From positions 26,483 through 90,482 of the forward strand of contig CACHTH010000002.1 of NCBI GenBank assembly GCA_902582695.1: a stretch of DNA of 64,000 nucleotides, read 5' to 3'. Positions 21,508-31,241 of the stretch are shown in pieces. The position numbers and the translations under genes are program-made. The notes under the pieces are model-generated. The model searched no databases and was not told the DNA's origin. It worked only from the letters and a program-made list of their open reading frames with translations. Source of the DNA: an uncultured Candidatus Actinomarina sp. GTDB taxonomy: Bacteria > Actinomycetota > Acidimicrobiia > Actinomarinales > Actinomarinaceae. Each line of letters opens with the position of its first letter. The stretch's first letter is position 1.

Positions 21508-22134
21508 ATGAGTGAAGAATTTAATTTTAACATAGGCGATGAAGCAGTAAAAACTATTATTGATCTACGAGATCAAGAACCTGGAGATAAAGAATACGCA
21601 TTATTCTTACAAATCGATGGAGTACATGGAAATCAATTTACTTACGATCTCAGTTTCCTAGATATAAATCAAGCTAGATCTGATGATAGGAGAATAGATT
21701 TTGGGGATTTACCTGTAATAATTGCTTCGAAAGATATTGATAAATTCGATGGTGCCAGCTTAGATATGTCCGAAGATCCAGATGCACCAGGATTAACTAT
21801 GGACAATCCTAATACACCAAGCCCTGCAATGATTGGTAATCCTGCCGATCTTCCAGAATTAAAGGGAGAATTGGCTGAGAAAGTTCAAGCAGTATTAGAA
21901 AACCAAATTAATCCAGCTATTGCTTCGCACGGTGGTGCAGCACAATTAATTGGCGTTGAAGGAAATGATATTTATTTAAGACTTGGTGGAGGTTGCCAAG
22001 GCTGTGGTATGGCACAAGTAACACTTACCCAAGGTATCGAAGCCTCTTTGCGTGAAGCAGTTCCTGAAATAGGAAATATCATAGATGCTACTGATCATGC
22101 GGCTGGTGAGAATCCATACTTTGCCTCTCACTAG
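21508..22134 (+). CDS. nfuA: Fe-S carrier NfuA (degenerate A-type domain + NifU C-terminal domain)
   Basis: INPAIASHGG, GGCQGCG, DATDHAAGENPYF. Confidence 0.88.
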   Translation: MSEEFNFNIGDEAVKTIIDLRDQEPGDKEYALFLQIDGVHGNQFTYDLSFLDINQARSDDRRIDFGDLPVIIASKDIDKFDGASLDMSEDPDAPGLTMDNPNTPSPAMIGNPADLPELKGELAEKVQAVLENQINPAIASHGGAAQLIGVEGNDIYLRLGGGCQGCGMAQVTLTQGIEASLREAVPEIGNIIDATDHAAGENPYFASH

Positions 22135-23102
22135 ACACTTATAACAGTTTTACCTATATTTTTTCTTGTTAGAAAGTTTTCTAAGGCTATGGAAGTTTCT
22201 TCTATTTTGTAATTATTTTTTGGAACAATGTCTAATTGTCCATTTTCAACATAGGAAACCAATTCTTTAAAATCTTCTGCAGTTTCGTGTGGAGATGTGT
22301 TTGTCCATCGACCCCACCATACTCCAACAATTGACACACCTTTAACAAGTGTTAAATTAAGGGATATTTTAGGTATTTGTCCATTAGCGAAGCCAATAAC
22401 TAGTAACCTACCATTAAAAGCTGTTGCTCTTAGTGCTTGTTCAGACACTTCACCACCAACAGGATCTATAACTATATCTACACCTTTGCCGTCGGTCATT
22501 TCTTTCACTGTTTCTTTTAAGTCAACCTGATCATATCGTACTATTTCATCACCACCCAAAGATTTGACATACTCTGCTTTATCTTCGGAACCAACAGCAC
22601 ATATTGTTCTTAAACCCATAACTTTTGCTAATTGAATTGAAGCAGTACCAATTCCTCCAGAAGCACCAAGCACTAAAAGACTTTCTCCACTTTGAGCATT
22701 TGCACGTCTTTTTAGGGCATAGTAAGAAGTACCATAGTTGATAGGCAAACTTGCTCCAGCTAAAGAACTAAAATTTTCGCTAACCGGAATTACCAAATTT
22801 TTATTAATAGCAACGAATTCAGCAAACCCTCCAATTGGAGGAATTCCAATTACTTTTGTTCCAACAGAGATTTCTACATTTTCACCTTTGTCATCTATAA
22901 TTCCACATACTTCATTACCTGGAATAAAAGGTGGATCAATTACAATTTGGTACTTTCCTTGTACTAACAGCGCATCTGGAAAATTAACTCCAGCAACTTC
23001 AACTTTAACTAATACTTCATCTTTACCAATAGTTGGTTTATCTACATCATTTATTTCTAATAAATTTGGCTCACCTAATTTTGTACATACGACTGCTTTC
23101 AT
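22131..23102 (-). CDS. NADPH:quinone oxidoreductase (zeta-crystallin-like MDR)
   Basis: GVNFPD, GKYQ, LGASGGIG, DPVGG. Confidence 0.88.
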   Translation of the reverse strand: MKAVVCTKLGEPNLLEINDVDKPTIGKDEVLVKVEVAGVNFPDALLVQGKYQIVIDPPFIPGNEVCGIIDDKGENVEISVGTKVIGIPPIGGFAEFVAINKNLVIPVSENFSSLAGASLPINYGTSYYALKRRANAQSGESLLVLGASGGIGTASIQLAKVMGLRTICAVGSEDKAEYVKSLGGDEIVRYDQVDLKETVKEMTDGKGVDIVIDPVGGEVSEQALRATAFNGRLLVIGFANGQIPKISLNLTLVKGVSIVGVWWGRWTNTSPHETAEDFKELVSYVENGQLDIVPKNNYKIEETSIALENFLTRKNIGKTVISV

Positions 23103-24553
23103 TTTTCCCTCTCAATAATTCCCGACAACTTTTTTGCAAAATCTTTTTTTTCTTCGATATCTACTCTTCTTCTAATCTGCACTCTTTGTGCTTGTGGGGA
23201 GCCCGCACCATGGAGTGATTCTGTTAAATAAGCAACCGCATTTCTACCTAATGTCATATTCTCGATCAATCTTAGAATTTTTACTCGATCTTCTGAGTTA
23301 ATATCTTTTTTTCCTTTTAAATATTTTTTTAGATCTTCAGACATTGTTCCCTCATTAAAATCTATTCCTGAAGGCATTGATCCAACTAATCCACCTGCAA
23401 GGTCTTGTGCGATTCGTCCAATCTCATATGTTTCTTTTGTTACATGTTGTTTACATACATTAGCCAAAAGATCGTCATTAATGAAGTTTCCTGACTTAGT
23501 GACTGAACCCTGAAGTGATGAAGCAATGCCAGTAGCATAAATTGTTTCATTGAGCTTATTCATTTCAACAAGCTTATCTTTAATATGTGATGCTTCTTCA
23601 ACACCGTTGTACTCTGCAATAGTAGCTGCAGCTCCAATCAGTACATCACCAACGCCTGATTTGCATACATATGATCTTCTATGATATGTTGTAAATCTCT
23701 CAACTAACGTCGATGCGAAATCATACTCTCCATTCATAAAAATGTATTCATTTGGTATAAATACATTATCAAAAATTACCATTGCTTCTTGCCCGGCAAA
23801 ATATTTATTTCCTACATCATATTCGCCAGGTTCCATACTTCTTGTATCGCATGACTGTCTACCATAAATATAGGTTATTCCTTCTGCATCAACTGGGATT
23901 GCCCCCACAATTGCATAATCTTTATCTTTATCAGATAGCCTCAAGGTAGGCATTACAACCATCCAGTGTGAATTTATACAGCCGGTCTGATGTGCTTTTG
24001 CACCCTTAACATAAACACCATCTTCTGTTCTTTTTACAATTCTTAAATACACATCTTCATCTTCTTGTTCATGTGGTAATTTTGACCTATCACCTTTAAC
24101 GTCTGTCATTGCACCACCAATTACCAAATTGTATTTATGCATTTCAGTTAGAAAATTAATAAAATTCTTGTGATATTCAGTATTGTGTTTTTCATCAATC
24201 TCAAAAGTCACAGAATGAAGTGCATTGAAAGCGTCCATACCAACACATCTTTGAAAGCAGGTACCTGTTAGTTGACCAAGCTTTCTTTGCATTTTATTTT
24301 GTAAAAATAGATCGTCATTACTTTCTGCAATGTGTAAAAATCTATTTATTTTTTCTCCAGTATATGGAGATGTTGCTGATGCTAATTCTGGTTCTCTAAC
24401 AGCTAATTCATATGTTTCAGCCATCGCTTCAATGCTTGGTCTAATAATTGGATGATCTAGAGGTTCCTTAATGAGTTCACCCATAAGGTAAATTTTTAAA
24501 TCCCTATTTTTAATTGAATCCAAATAACTGTTTTTGTCAGTAATCTTATTCAT
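23099..24553 (-). CDS. abfD: 4-hydroxybutyryl-CoA dehydratase/vinylacetyl-CoA isomerase (FAD, [4Fe-4S])
   Basis: GTCFQRCVGMDA, AMTDVKGDRS, GAKAHQTG, YHRRSYVCK (His/Cys cluster ligands), TESLHGAGSPQAQ. Confidence 0.9.
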   Translation of the reverse strand: MNKITDKNSYLDSIKNRDLKIYLMGELIKEPLDHPIIRPSIEAMAETYELAVREPELASATSPYTGEKINRFLHIAESNDDLFLQNKMQRKLGQLTGTCFQRCVGMDAFNALHSVTFEIDEKHNTEYHKNFINFLTEMHKYNLVIGGAMTDVKGDRSKLPHEQEDEDVYLRIVKRTEDGVYVKGAKAHQTGCINSHWMVVMPTLRLSDKDKDYAIVGAIPVDAEGITYIYGRQSCDTRSMEPGEYDVGNKYFAGQEAMVIFDNVFIPNEYIFMNGEYDFASTLVERFTTYHRRSYVCKSGVGDVLIGAAATIAEYNGVEEASHIKDKLVEMNKLNETIYATGIASSLQGSVTKSGNFINDDLLANVCKQHVTKETYEIGRIAQDLAGGLVGSMPSGIDFNEGTMSEDLKKYLKGKKDINSEDRVKILRLIENMTLGRNAVAYLTESLHGAGSPQAQRVQIRRRVDIEEKKDFAKKLSGIIEREK

Positions 24554-24604
24554 ATTCAATTATACGTTTAGATTTTATGCCAAGTCTTTTAAATAGTTGT
24601 AAAT

Positions 24605-25783
24605 TTATATGACTTCAAATAATCCAGCAGCACCCATTCCACCACCAACACACATTGTGACAACAACATATTTTGCACCTCTTCGTTTACCTTCCATTAG
24701 AGCATGCATCGTCATTCTTGCGCCGGTCATTCCGTATGGATGTCCTATAGATATTGAGCCACCATTTACATTGTATATTTCATTATCAATACCTAAATAA
24801 TCTCTACAATACAAAGCTTGCACAGCAAAAGCTTCGTTTAGTTCCCATAAACCTATGTCATCAACACTTAAGTTATATTTATCGAGCAATTTAGGAACAG
24901 CATATATTGGCCCAATTCCCATTTCTTCTGGTGCTAAACCTGCAACTGCCATTCCTCTGTAATAGCCAAGGGGAGTAAGGCCTTTGTTTTCAGCAACCTT
25001 TGATTCCATTACAACTACAGATGCAGATCCATCAGATAACTGAGACGCATTTCCTGCAGTTATAAACTTTCCTTCACCATACACTGGGACTAATGATGAC
25101 AGACCTTCTAAATTTGTTTCTGGTCTGTTGCCTTCATCTTTTTCTAAGATAGCTTCTTGCTCAGAAATTTCACCGGATTCTTTGTCTTTAACTAACTTAG
25201 TAGTAGTAGTTGAAATGATTTCATCTTTGTAAAGGCCTGCTTCTTGTGCTGCTGCTGTTCTTTTCTGACTTTGAAGGGAGTACTCGTCTTGACTTTCTCT
25301 TGTTACATTATATTTTTCAGCAACATGATCAGCAGTCTCAATCATTGGCATGTATGCATGTTGTGCGTGAGCAGTAACATTAGGATCAATATCTACCCTA
25401 AAATCTGCAGTCTGTACGAGTGAAATAGACTCAACTCCTCCAGCTACAACAACATCCATATTATCTGTTACAACCTGTTTTGATGCAGTCGCAATTGCCA
25501 TCATTCCGGATGAACATTGCCTGTCGATTGTCATGCCTGGAACATTATCAGGAAGTCCAGCTGCAATTCCAGCTAATCTTCCTATATTGATAGCTTGTGA
25601 ACCTTGTTGCTGAGCACATCCTAAAACAACATCTTCAACCTCTTTTGGGTCAATTCCAGCTCTTTCCACAGCTTCTTTTATAGAATAAGATGCTAGGGTT
25701 GGAGCCGCGGTATTGTTAAACGCTCCTCTATAAGCTTTACCTATTGGTGTTCTAGCTGCTGATACAATTACTGCTTCTCTCAT
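24605..25783 (-). CDS. Acetyl-CoA C-acyltransferase (thiolase)
   Basis: [30 protein letters not shown]. Confidence 0.95.
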   Translation of the reverse strand: MREAVIVSAARTPIGKAYRGAFNNTAAPTLASYSIKEAVERAGIDPKEVEDVVLGCAQQQGSQAINIGRLAGIAAGLPDNVPGMTIDRQCSSGMMAIATASKQVVTDNMDVVVAGGVESISLVQTADFRVDIDPNVTAHAQHAYMPMIETADHVAEKYNVTRESQDEYSLQSQKRTAAAQEAGLYKDEIISTTTTKLVKDKESGEISEQEAILEKDEGNRPETNLEGLSSLVPVYGEGKFITAGNASQLSDGSASVVVMESKVAENKGLTPLGYYRGMAVAGLAPEEMGIGPIYAVPKLLDKYNLSVDDIGLWELNEAFAVQALYCRDYLGIDNEIYNVNGGSISIGHPYGMTGARMTMHALMEGKRRGAKYVVVTMCVGGGMGAAGLFEVI

Positions 25784-25802
25784 TTATTTACTCCTATATT
25801 TT

Positions 25803-26264
25803 TTATTCACTTACTACATACATCGCTAAAGCTTCAACTATTGCAGCTGGCTTATCTTTGCCCTCTATTTCAATAGTACAAGTTGTTTTTAATAGCCATC
25901 TACCGTTTCTCTTGTACTGTACATCAGTTAAAACATTTCTAGCTCGAATTTTACTATTTACAGGTACTGCTTCCATAAATCTAACTTTGTCTGCCCCATA
26001 GTTTATTGCCATCTGTAATCCTTCAGGCATATAACCGATGTCTGCTTGTAGATAGGTAAGAAGACTTAAAGTAAGGTATCCATGGGCTATTGTTGTACCC
26101 CATGGGGTTGCCTTGGCCATTTCGGGATCTACATGTATGAATTGGTGATCGTTTGTTGCTTCTGCAAATTGATTAATTCTTTCTTGTGTTACTTCAAACC
26201 AATCAGAAACACCTACTTCTTCACCAATATGACTTTCTAGTTCACTTGCTGGAATAACTTTCAA
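25803..26264 (-). CDS. MaoC-family (R)-specific enoyl-CoA hydratase
   Basis: FAEATNDHQFIHVD, TIAHGYLTLSL, NYGADKVRF. Confidence 0.9.
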   Translation of the reverse strand: MKVIPASELESHIGEEVGVSDWFEVTQERINQFAEATNDHQFIHVDPEMAKATPWGTTIAHGYLTLSLLTYLQADIGYMPEGLQMAINYGADKVRFMEAVPVNSKIRARNVLTDVQYKRNGRWLLKTTCTIEIEGKDKPAAIVEALAMYVVSE

Positions 26265-27277
26265 AATATCTCCTTAAGTAGATTCTTATTTGATGCTTTT
26301 TTTGCAAAACTTAATGTGCTTTGTCCAAATGCATCTACATCTTTCTTATCAACATTACCATAATAACCAAGTGAATACCTTACGTAGACCCCCTCCATTA
26401 TCATTGCATGTTTCCAGAAAGATAGCCTTGTATAGAATTCAATATCATCCAAACTAAGGTTTGATTTAGATTCATAAATATCAATTATTTCTTGCCTACT
26501 TGGAAATCCATCGCTTAATGAGGGTGAATAAATAAATGGAGTATCAGTTTCATTTTTATTGGACCAAGAAGCAATGACAGTTCCTATATCAGCTAACGGA
26601 TCTCCTAATGTACAGAGTTCCCAATCGACAATAGCTGCAACAGAGTTATTATTGATTCTTACATTATCCAATCTATAATCACCATGAACAATACTTACTT
26701 TTTGCTGTGTGGGGATGGTATCTAATAGTAATTGTGTCGCAACATCTAATTCAGGAATATCTCTTACTTTTTGTGCATTAAATTGTTTAGTCCATCTGTT
26801 TAACTGCCTCTCAACATAATCTTCATGTTTCCCTAAATCATTTAAATTGGAATTTTTCACATCAAAAGTGTGTAATTCAGTAAGTGTTGTAATGAATGAA
26901 TTCGTAATTTCTTTTTTATCATTATTGGAATAATTATCTGCTACTAAATTATCTGCAATAGTTACACCAGCAACATATTCCATGATGTAAAAGTCATCAT
27001 CTGAAATATTTTTGTCAGTGCATAAAAGAATGGGCTTTGGAACTTTTATACTATTTTCACTCAATTCACTAATAATTCTGTATTCACGCTGCATGTTATG
27101 TGCAGACTCTAATTTATCTCCAAACGGAGGTCTTCTTAAAACGTAGCTATTTGAATCGTCAAAGATTTTAAAAGTAATGTTCGACCTGCCTACTTTAAAT
27201 TTTTCAAATCTAAATTGGTAATCCAATTCAACATTGGAAGTTATAAAACTTCTTATTTTTTTATCAAAAAATTCCAT
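26261..27277 (-). CDS. APH-family phosphotransferase (ACAD10/11 kinase domain or LvaA-like)
   Basis: GRSNIT, YVLRRPP..SAHNMQRE, HGDYRLDN, DWELCTLGDPLAD. Confidence 0.88.
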   Translation of the reverse strand: MEFFDKKIRSFITSNVELDYQFRFEKFKVGRSNITFKIFDDSNSYVLRRPPFGDKLESAHNMQREYRIISELSENSIKVPKPILLCTDKNISDDDFYIMEYVAGVTIADNLVADNYSNNDKKEITNSFITTLTELHTFDVKNSNLNDLGKHEDYVERQLNRWTKQFNAQKVRDIPELDVATQLLLDTIPTQQKVSIVHGDYRLDNVRINNNSVAAIVDWELCTLGDPLADIGTVIASWSNKNETDTPFIYSPSLSDGFPSRQEIIDIYESKSNLSLDDIEFYTRLSFWKHAMIMEGVYVRYSLGYYGNVDKKDVDAFGQSTLSFAKKASNKNLLKEIF

Positions 27278-27335
27278 TAACAAATATCTTATGATTTAAT
27301 TCTCTTGGTCTCAAGTTAATTGATAGAATAAAGCA

Positions 27336-28541
27336 ATGGATTTTAAATTTTCTCAAAAGTCATTAGATCTTCAAGAAAAGATGAATAAATTTTTTGAAGA
27401 ACATATTTTTCCCAACGAAGAAGCCTACGAAAAAGCAATATTAGATTCAGGAGACCCTTTGCACATTCCTGAATTACTTGATGAATTAAAAGAAAAAGCC
27501 AGAAAAGAAAATTTATGGAATTTATTTTTACCCGACAGTGAATACGGTGCAGGACTAACAAATGTTGACTATGCACCATTAGCAGAAATAACTGGACAGG
27601 TTTGGTGGGCACCTGAGGTATTTAATTGTTCTGCTCCAGATACTGGAAACATGGAAATACTTGTAGAATTTGGAACACAAGAGCAAAAAGACCAATGGTT
27701 GACTCCTTTACTAAATGGTGATATCCGTTCTTGTTTTGCCATGACAGAACCTGATGTTGCTTCATCTGATGCGACAAATATTTCAAGTTCAATAGTTTCA
27801 GACGGGGATAACTATGTTATTAATGGAAGAAAGTGGTGGACTTCAAATGCAATTAATCCACGTGCCAAAATATGTATTTTTATGGGTATTACAAATCCTG
27901 AAAATCCTCCACACACAAGACAAAGTCAAGTTCTTGTCCCAATGGATACAGAAGGGATAACTATAGTCAGACCCATGCATGTTTATGGATATGATGATGG
28001 ATACACTGGTCATCCAGAATTAAATTTTGAAAATGTAGTTGTACCAAAATCAAATATTATAGGCGGCGAAGGTATGGGCTTTAAAATTGCCCAAGCGAGA
28101 TTAGGACCTGGAAGAATTCATCACTGCATGAGAACAATTGGAATGGCTGAAAGAGCTCTTCAACTTATGATAAAGAGAGCATTGTCTAGAGAAACTTTTG
28201 GTACAAAAATTTCCGATCATGGTGTAGTGCAAGATTGGATTGCAAGATCAAGGATTAAAATTGAAGAGGCTAGACTTCTTACTCTAAAAACAGCATGGTT
28301 GATTGATAACGTTGGTAAAGAGCAAGCCAAAATTGAAATATCTGCAATAAAAGTTGGAGTCATCGAAGCTGCCTCCTATGTAATTGATAAAGCTATACAA
28401 GCACATGGAGCTATGGGCGTCTCTCAAGATACTCCTTTGGCAAAAATGTCAGCTGGAGTTAGAACGTTAAGAATTGCTGACGGCCCAGACGAAGTACACC
28501 TAAGATCTATTGCAAGACGTGAAATAAACAAACACACATGA
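27336..28541 (+). CDS. Acyl-CoA dehydrogenase, ACAD10/11 or LvaC-like subfamily
   Basis: FNCSAPDTGNME, MTEPDVASSDATNI, AQARLGPGRIHHCMR, LRIADGPDEVH. Confidence 0.9.
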   Translation: MDFKFSQKSLDLQEKMNKFFEEHIFPNEEAYEKAILDSGDPLHIPELLDELKEKARKENLWNLFLPDSEYGAGLTNVDYAPLAEITGQVWWAPEVFNCSAPDTGNMEILVEFGTQEQKDQWLTPLLNGDIRSCFAMTEPDVASSDATNISSSIVSDGDNYVINGRKWWTSNAINPRAKICIFMGITNPENPPHTRQSQVLVPMDTEGITIVRPMHVYGYDDGYTGHPELNFENVVVPKSNIIGGEGMGFKIAQARLGPGRIHHCMRTIGMAERALQLMIKRALSRETFGTKISDHGVVQDWIARSRIKIEEARLLTLKTAWLIDNVGKEQAKIEISAIKVGVIEAASYVIDKAIQAHGAMGVSQDTPLAKMSAGVRTLRIADGPDEVHLRSIARREINKHT

Positions 28542-29398
28542 ATGAAAAAATTGCGGTAATTGGTGGGGGACAAATGGGAAGCCAAATTGCAGCTTTAGCT
28601 GCTATGGCTGGTTACAAAACAAATATTTATGACGAAAATAAAGAAAATTTAGAATCTAGATATAAATTTGTTGAAGAAAATATCAAAAACTTAATAGACA
28701 AAAAAATATACTCCGAAGATAAATTAGTTTCTTACAAAGAAAACCTAGATCTCAATTATTCACTTGAAGACGTTATAAAGGGAAAAACATTTGTGATAGA
28801 AGCTGTAGTTGAAAGATTTGATGTAAAGCTTGAAATTTTTAAACAAATTTCTAAATCGATGAATCAAGAGGTTGTAATGGCAACTAATAGTTCTTTTATT
28901 CAAGCTTCTGAAATCTCAAAAGATTGCGACCATCCCGAAAGGTTTATAAACATGCATTTTTTCTATCCACCAATAAGAATGGATTTAATTGAAATTTCAT
29001 ATCCATCCAACGTATCAAAAGAAGTTTTAGAACGTACCATAACTGTTAGTGAAAATATGGGTAGATCAGTGGTTGTACTTAAAAAGGAAACCCCTGGGTT
29101 TATTGTAAACAGAATGCTTGCAGCCTTAGTAGATGAAGCTTATGAACTTTATGATGAAGGAATTGCAGATTTTGAAGATATCGATCTTGCTATTAAAAAA
29201 GGTCTAAATCATCCTTTAGGCCCATTTGAACTTTCTGATTATTCAGGATTAGATATCCATTATTATGCTAAATTAAAAAAATTTGAAGAATCTGGTGATC
29301 CAAAAGATGAACCAAAAAAGTTTCTTAAAGAAAAAGTTATGAACGGTGATTTAGGAGTAAAAACTGGTAAAGGCTTCTATGAATACAAAAAAGACTAA
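28538..29398 (+). CDS. 3-hydroxyacyl-CoA (3-hydroxybutyryl-CoA) dehydrogenase
   Basis: GGGQMG, IEAVVE, ATNSS, MHFFYP, GFIVNR, GVKTGKGFY. Confidence 0.9.
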   Translation: MNEKIAVIGGGQMGSQIAALAAMAGYKTNIYDENKENLESRYKFVEENIKNLIDKKIYSEDKLVSYKENLDLNYSLEDVIKGKTFVIEAVVERFDVKLEIFKQISKSMNQEVVMATNSSFIQASEISKDCDHPERFINMHFFYPPIRMDLIEISYPSNVSKEVLERTITVSENMGRSVVVLKKETPGFIVNRMLAALVDEAYELYDEGIADFEDIDLAIKKGLNHPLGPFELSDYSGLDIHYYAKLKKFEESGDPKDEPKKFLKEKVMNGDLGVKTGKGFYEYKKD

Positions 29399-29399
29399 A

Positions 29400-29810
29400 T
29401 TATTCGAAATCCTCGTCTTTTAGATTAAACATTACTTCCTTGTTTGGCTTTATTACCAGCACAATTCTTTCAGTTTGTATGGGGAATGGATAAGGTTTTT
29501 CCCAATATTTTTGTGATAATTTATCAATATTTTCTCTTGCATCCTGTCCAGTGATTTCTCCGATTACTTCACCTCTTATTTCAACAAATTTAAATGGGTT
29601 ATCATGCTTCCAAATCATAACTGTGACTCTGGGATCTTTTAAAACATTTTTGTATTTGAATCTATGTATCTCTGTATTGATCAAGATATTTTCACCATCT
29701 GTATCAACCCACATCACATGTGTTTGAGGAACACCATCTTTAAACAGAGTTGTTAGCGCTGCATAATTTGGGCCAGATGCCATTTGAATTGTTTTATTGT
29801 CTAACCTCAT
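29400..29810 (-). CDS. PPOX-class (split-barrel) putative F420-dependent oxidoreductase
   Basis: DGVPQTHVMW, KYKNVLKDPRV, FVEIRG, LSQKYW...ERIV. Confidence 0.8.
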   Translation of the reverse strand: MRLDNKTIQMASGPNYAALTTLFKDGVPQTHVMWVDTDGENILINTEIHRFKYKNVLKDPRVTVMIWKHDNPFKFVEIRGEVIGEITGQDARENIDKLSQKYWEKPYPFPIQTERIVLVIKPNKEVMFNLKDEDFE

Positions 29811-29827
29811 CTGTTAAATTATAGTTT

Positions 29828-30292
29828 ATGAAAGTTGTTTTGCAGAGAGTTAAAAGTGCTTATGTCAAAGTTGATTCAAATCTTATTTCAGAAATTGATA
29901 ATGGTTATTTACTTTTATGGGGGATTGAAGAATCAGATTCTGAAGTTGAAAGTGAAATACTGATAAATAAAATTTTAAATTTCAGAATTTTTTCTGACGA
30001 AAATTTAAAAATGAATAAATCAATAATAGATGTATCAGGAGAGATGCTAATTGTTAGTCAATTCACATTAGCTGGTAAATTTCTAAAAGGAAACAGGCCT
30101 TCCTTTGTAAATGCAAAATCTCCAGAAATAGCTGAAGAGATGATTTTAAAAATTGTTGAAGAATTTTCTAAGTACGTAACTGTAAAAACAGGAAGCTTTG
30201 GAGCCATGATGGATGTAGGTTTAATCAATGATGGTCCAGCAACTTTTGTATTAACTGCTAGAAATGGTCAATTAATTGATCAAGCAGACTGA
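29828..30292 (+). CDS. dtd: D-aminoacyl-tRNA deacylase
   Basis: MKVVLQRV, VSQFTL, GNRPSF, NDGPAT. Confidence 0.95.
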   Translation: MKVVLQRVKSAYVKVDSNLISEIDNGYLLLWGIEESDSEVESEILINKILNFRIFSDENLKMNKSIIDVSGEMLIVSQFTLAGKFLKGNRPSFVNAKSPEIAEEMILKIVEEFSKYVTVKTGSFGAMMDVGLINDGPATFVLTARNGQLIDQAD

Positions 30293-30708
30293 AGTTTAGT
30301 TTTTTTTCCTATTTCCTTTTTATCAAGTTGTTTATCAAGATAATATTCTTCTCCAGCCCACAAATGTAATCCAAGCCCAAGCTTCATTGCACATCTTTTA
30401 AATGAATCTGATTCTGCATGTTTTGCATTACTGCCATCATTTTTTTGATCATGCTCTACATCGCCGATAGATGTTACTGTGACTAATTTACCATCAATTT
30501 CGACGGTTAATTTTCCAAAGCAACCAACAACAGATCCTGTAGTTTCTTGTCTAATTAACTCAACAACTTCCCAATCAAAAGGACCACAAACTTCTAAAAG
30601 ACGTTGTGTAATTACAGGGTGTGGCACATAATTTCCGAATTTACCCTTAGGTGCCTTTTTAATCCAATCTTTTGGAAATTTTCTAGATAGTTCATACAAT
30701 TGTTTCAT
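30280..30708 (-). CDS. Rad52/Rad22-superfamily single-strand annealing protein (Sak/DdrA-like)
   Basis: YVPHPVITQRLLEVCGPFDW and KHAESDSFKRCAMKLGLGLHLW fit the Rad52-like core. Start set at ATG 30708 (ATGA overlap with the upstream stop, GGAGAG SD). Confidence 0.72.
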   Translation of the reverse strand: MKQLYELSRKFPKDWIKKAPKGKFGNYVPHPVITQRLLEVCGPFDWEVVELIRQETTGSVVGCFGKLTVEIDGKLVTVTSIGDVEHDQKNDGSNAKHAESDSFKRCAMKLGLGLHLWAGEEYYLDKQLDKKEIGKKTKLQSA

Positions 30709-31226
30709 TTTCTTCTCTCCATTTCTTTCAAACCTTTTGCCCATACAGGAGCAGTATCATTGCTTGTTTTAATAACTTGTAATTTAGGCTCTTCATCCCA
30801 TACTTTTTCTATAAAAGTATCTCTTGCTAATTGTTTATCCATACCTTTTTTTTCTGCAACCGCATCTAAGCCCCTTAATTTAGGAACAAAAGTATTTCCA
30901 CAAAGCGCTACCAAATTTTCAATATCATCTTCGGAGAGTTTTTTGCTAGTAGCCCAATCAATTAATCTTTTTAAATCTATTGTTTTTGATTTATAACTTT
31001 TTGAGTAATTAAATACAGTATCAGATATTTTTATTGCACCTTTTTCCTGAACATCGAGAGCAATTTTATTATCAACAAATTTATTTATTTTATAAGTACT
31101 ATCTTTTGCTTCTAGCGAAACTCCTCTAGCAATAAACAATTCTTTTGGCTCTTCAATTGATTGCAATTCGGTATTTTCTAAAGTTTCTTCACCACTTTTA
31201 GCGATATCCCAGATCAAATCTTTCAT
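30705..31226 (-). CDS. Hypothetical protein (173 aa), coupled to the annealing protein
   Basis: Clean ORF, strong SD AGGAG, ATGA overlap downstream; no motif recognised. Confidence 0.8.
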   Translation of the reverse strand: MKDLIWDIAKSGEETLENTELQSIEEPKELFIARGVSLEAKDSTYKINKFVDNKIALDVQEKGAIKISDTVFNYSKSYKSKTIDLKRLIDWATSKKLSEDDIENLVALCGNTFVPKLRGLDAVAEKKGMDKQLARDTFIEKVWDEEPKLQVIKTSNDTAPVWAKGLKEMERRK

Positions 31227-31241
31227 TTATTCTCCTATAAC

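Noticed and set aside
23099..24553. Autotrophic 3HP/4HB cycle, or a 4-hydroxyphenylacetate 3-hydroxylase call
   Set aside because: No carboxylase or other cycle-specific enzyme is in the window, and the Fe-S ligand motifs favour AbfD over HpaB.
30709..30744. Longer N-termini in the ORF track (also 57256-57312, 41061-41087, 4041-4067, 12838-12867)
   Set aside because: Downstream ATGs with stop/start overlap or an SD sequence are more plausible starts.
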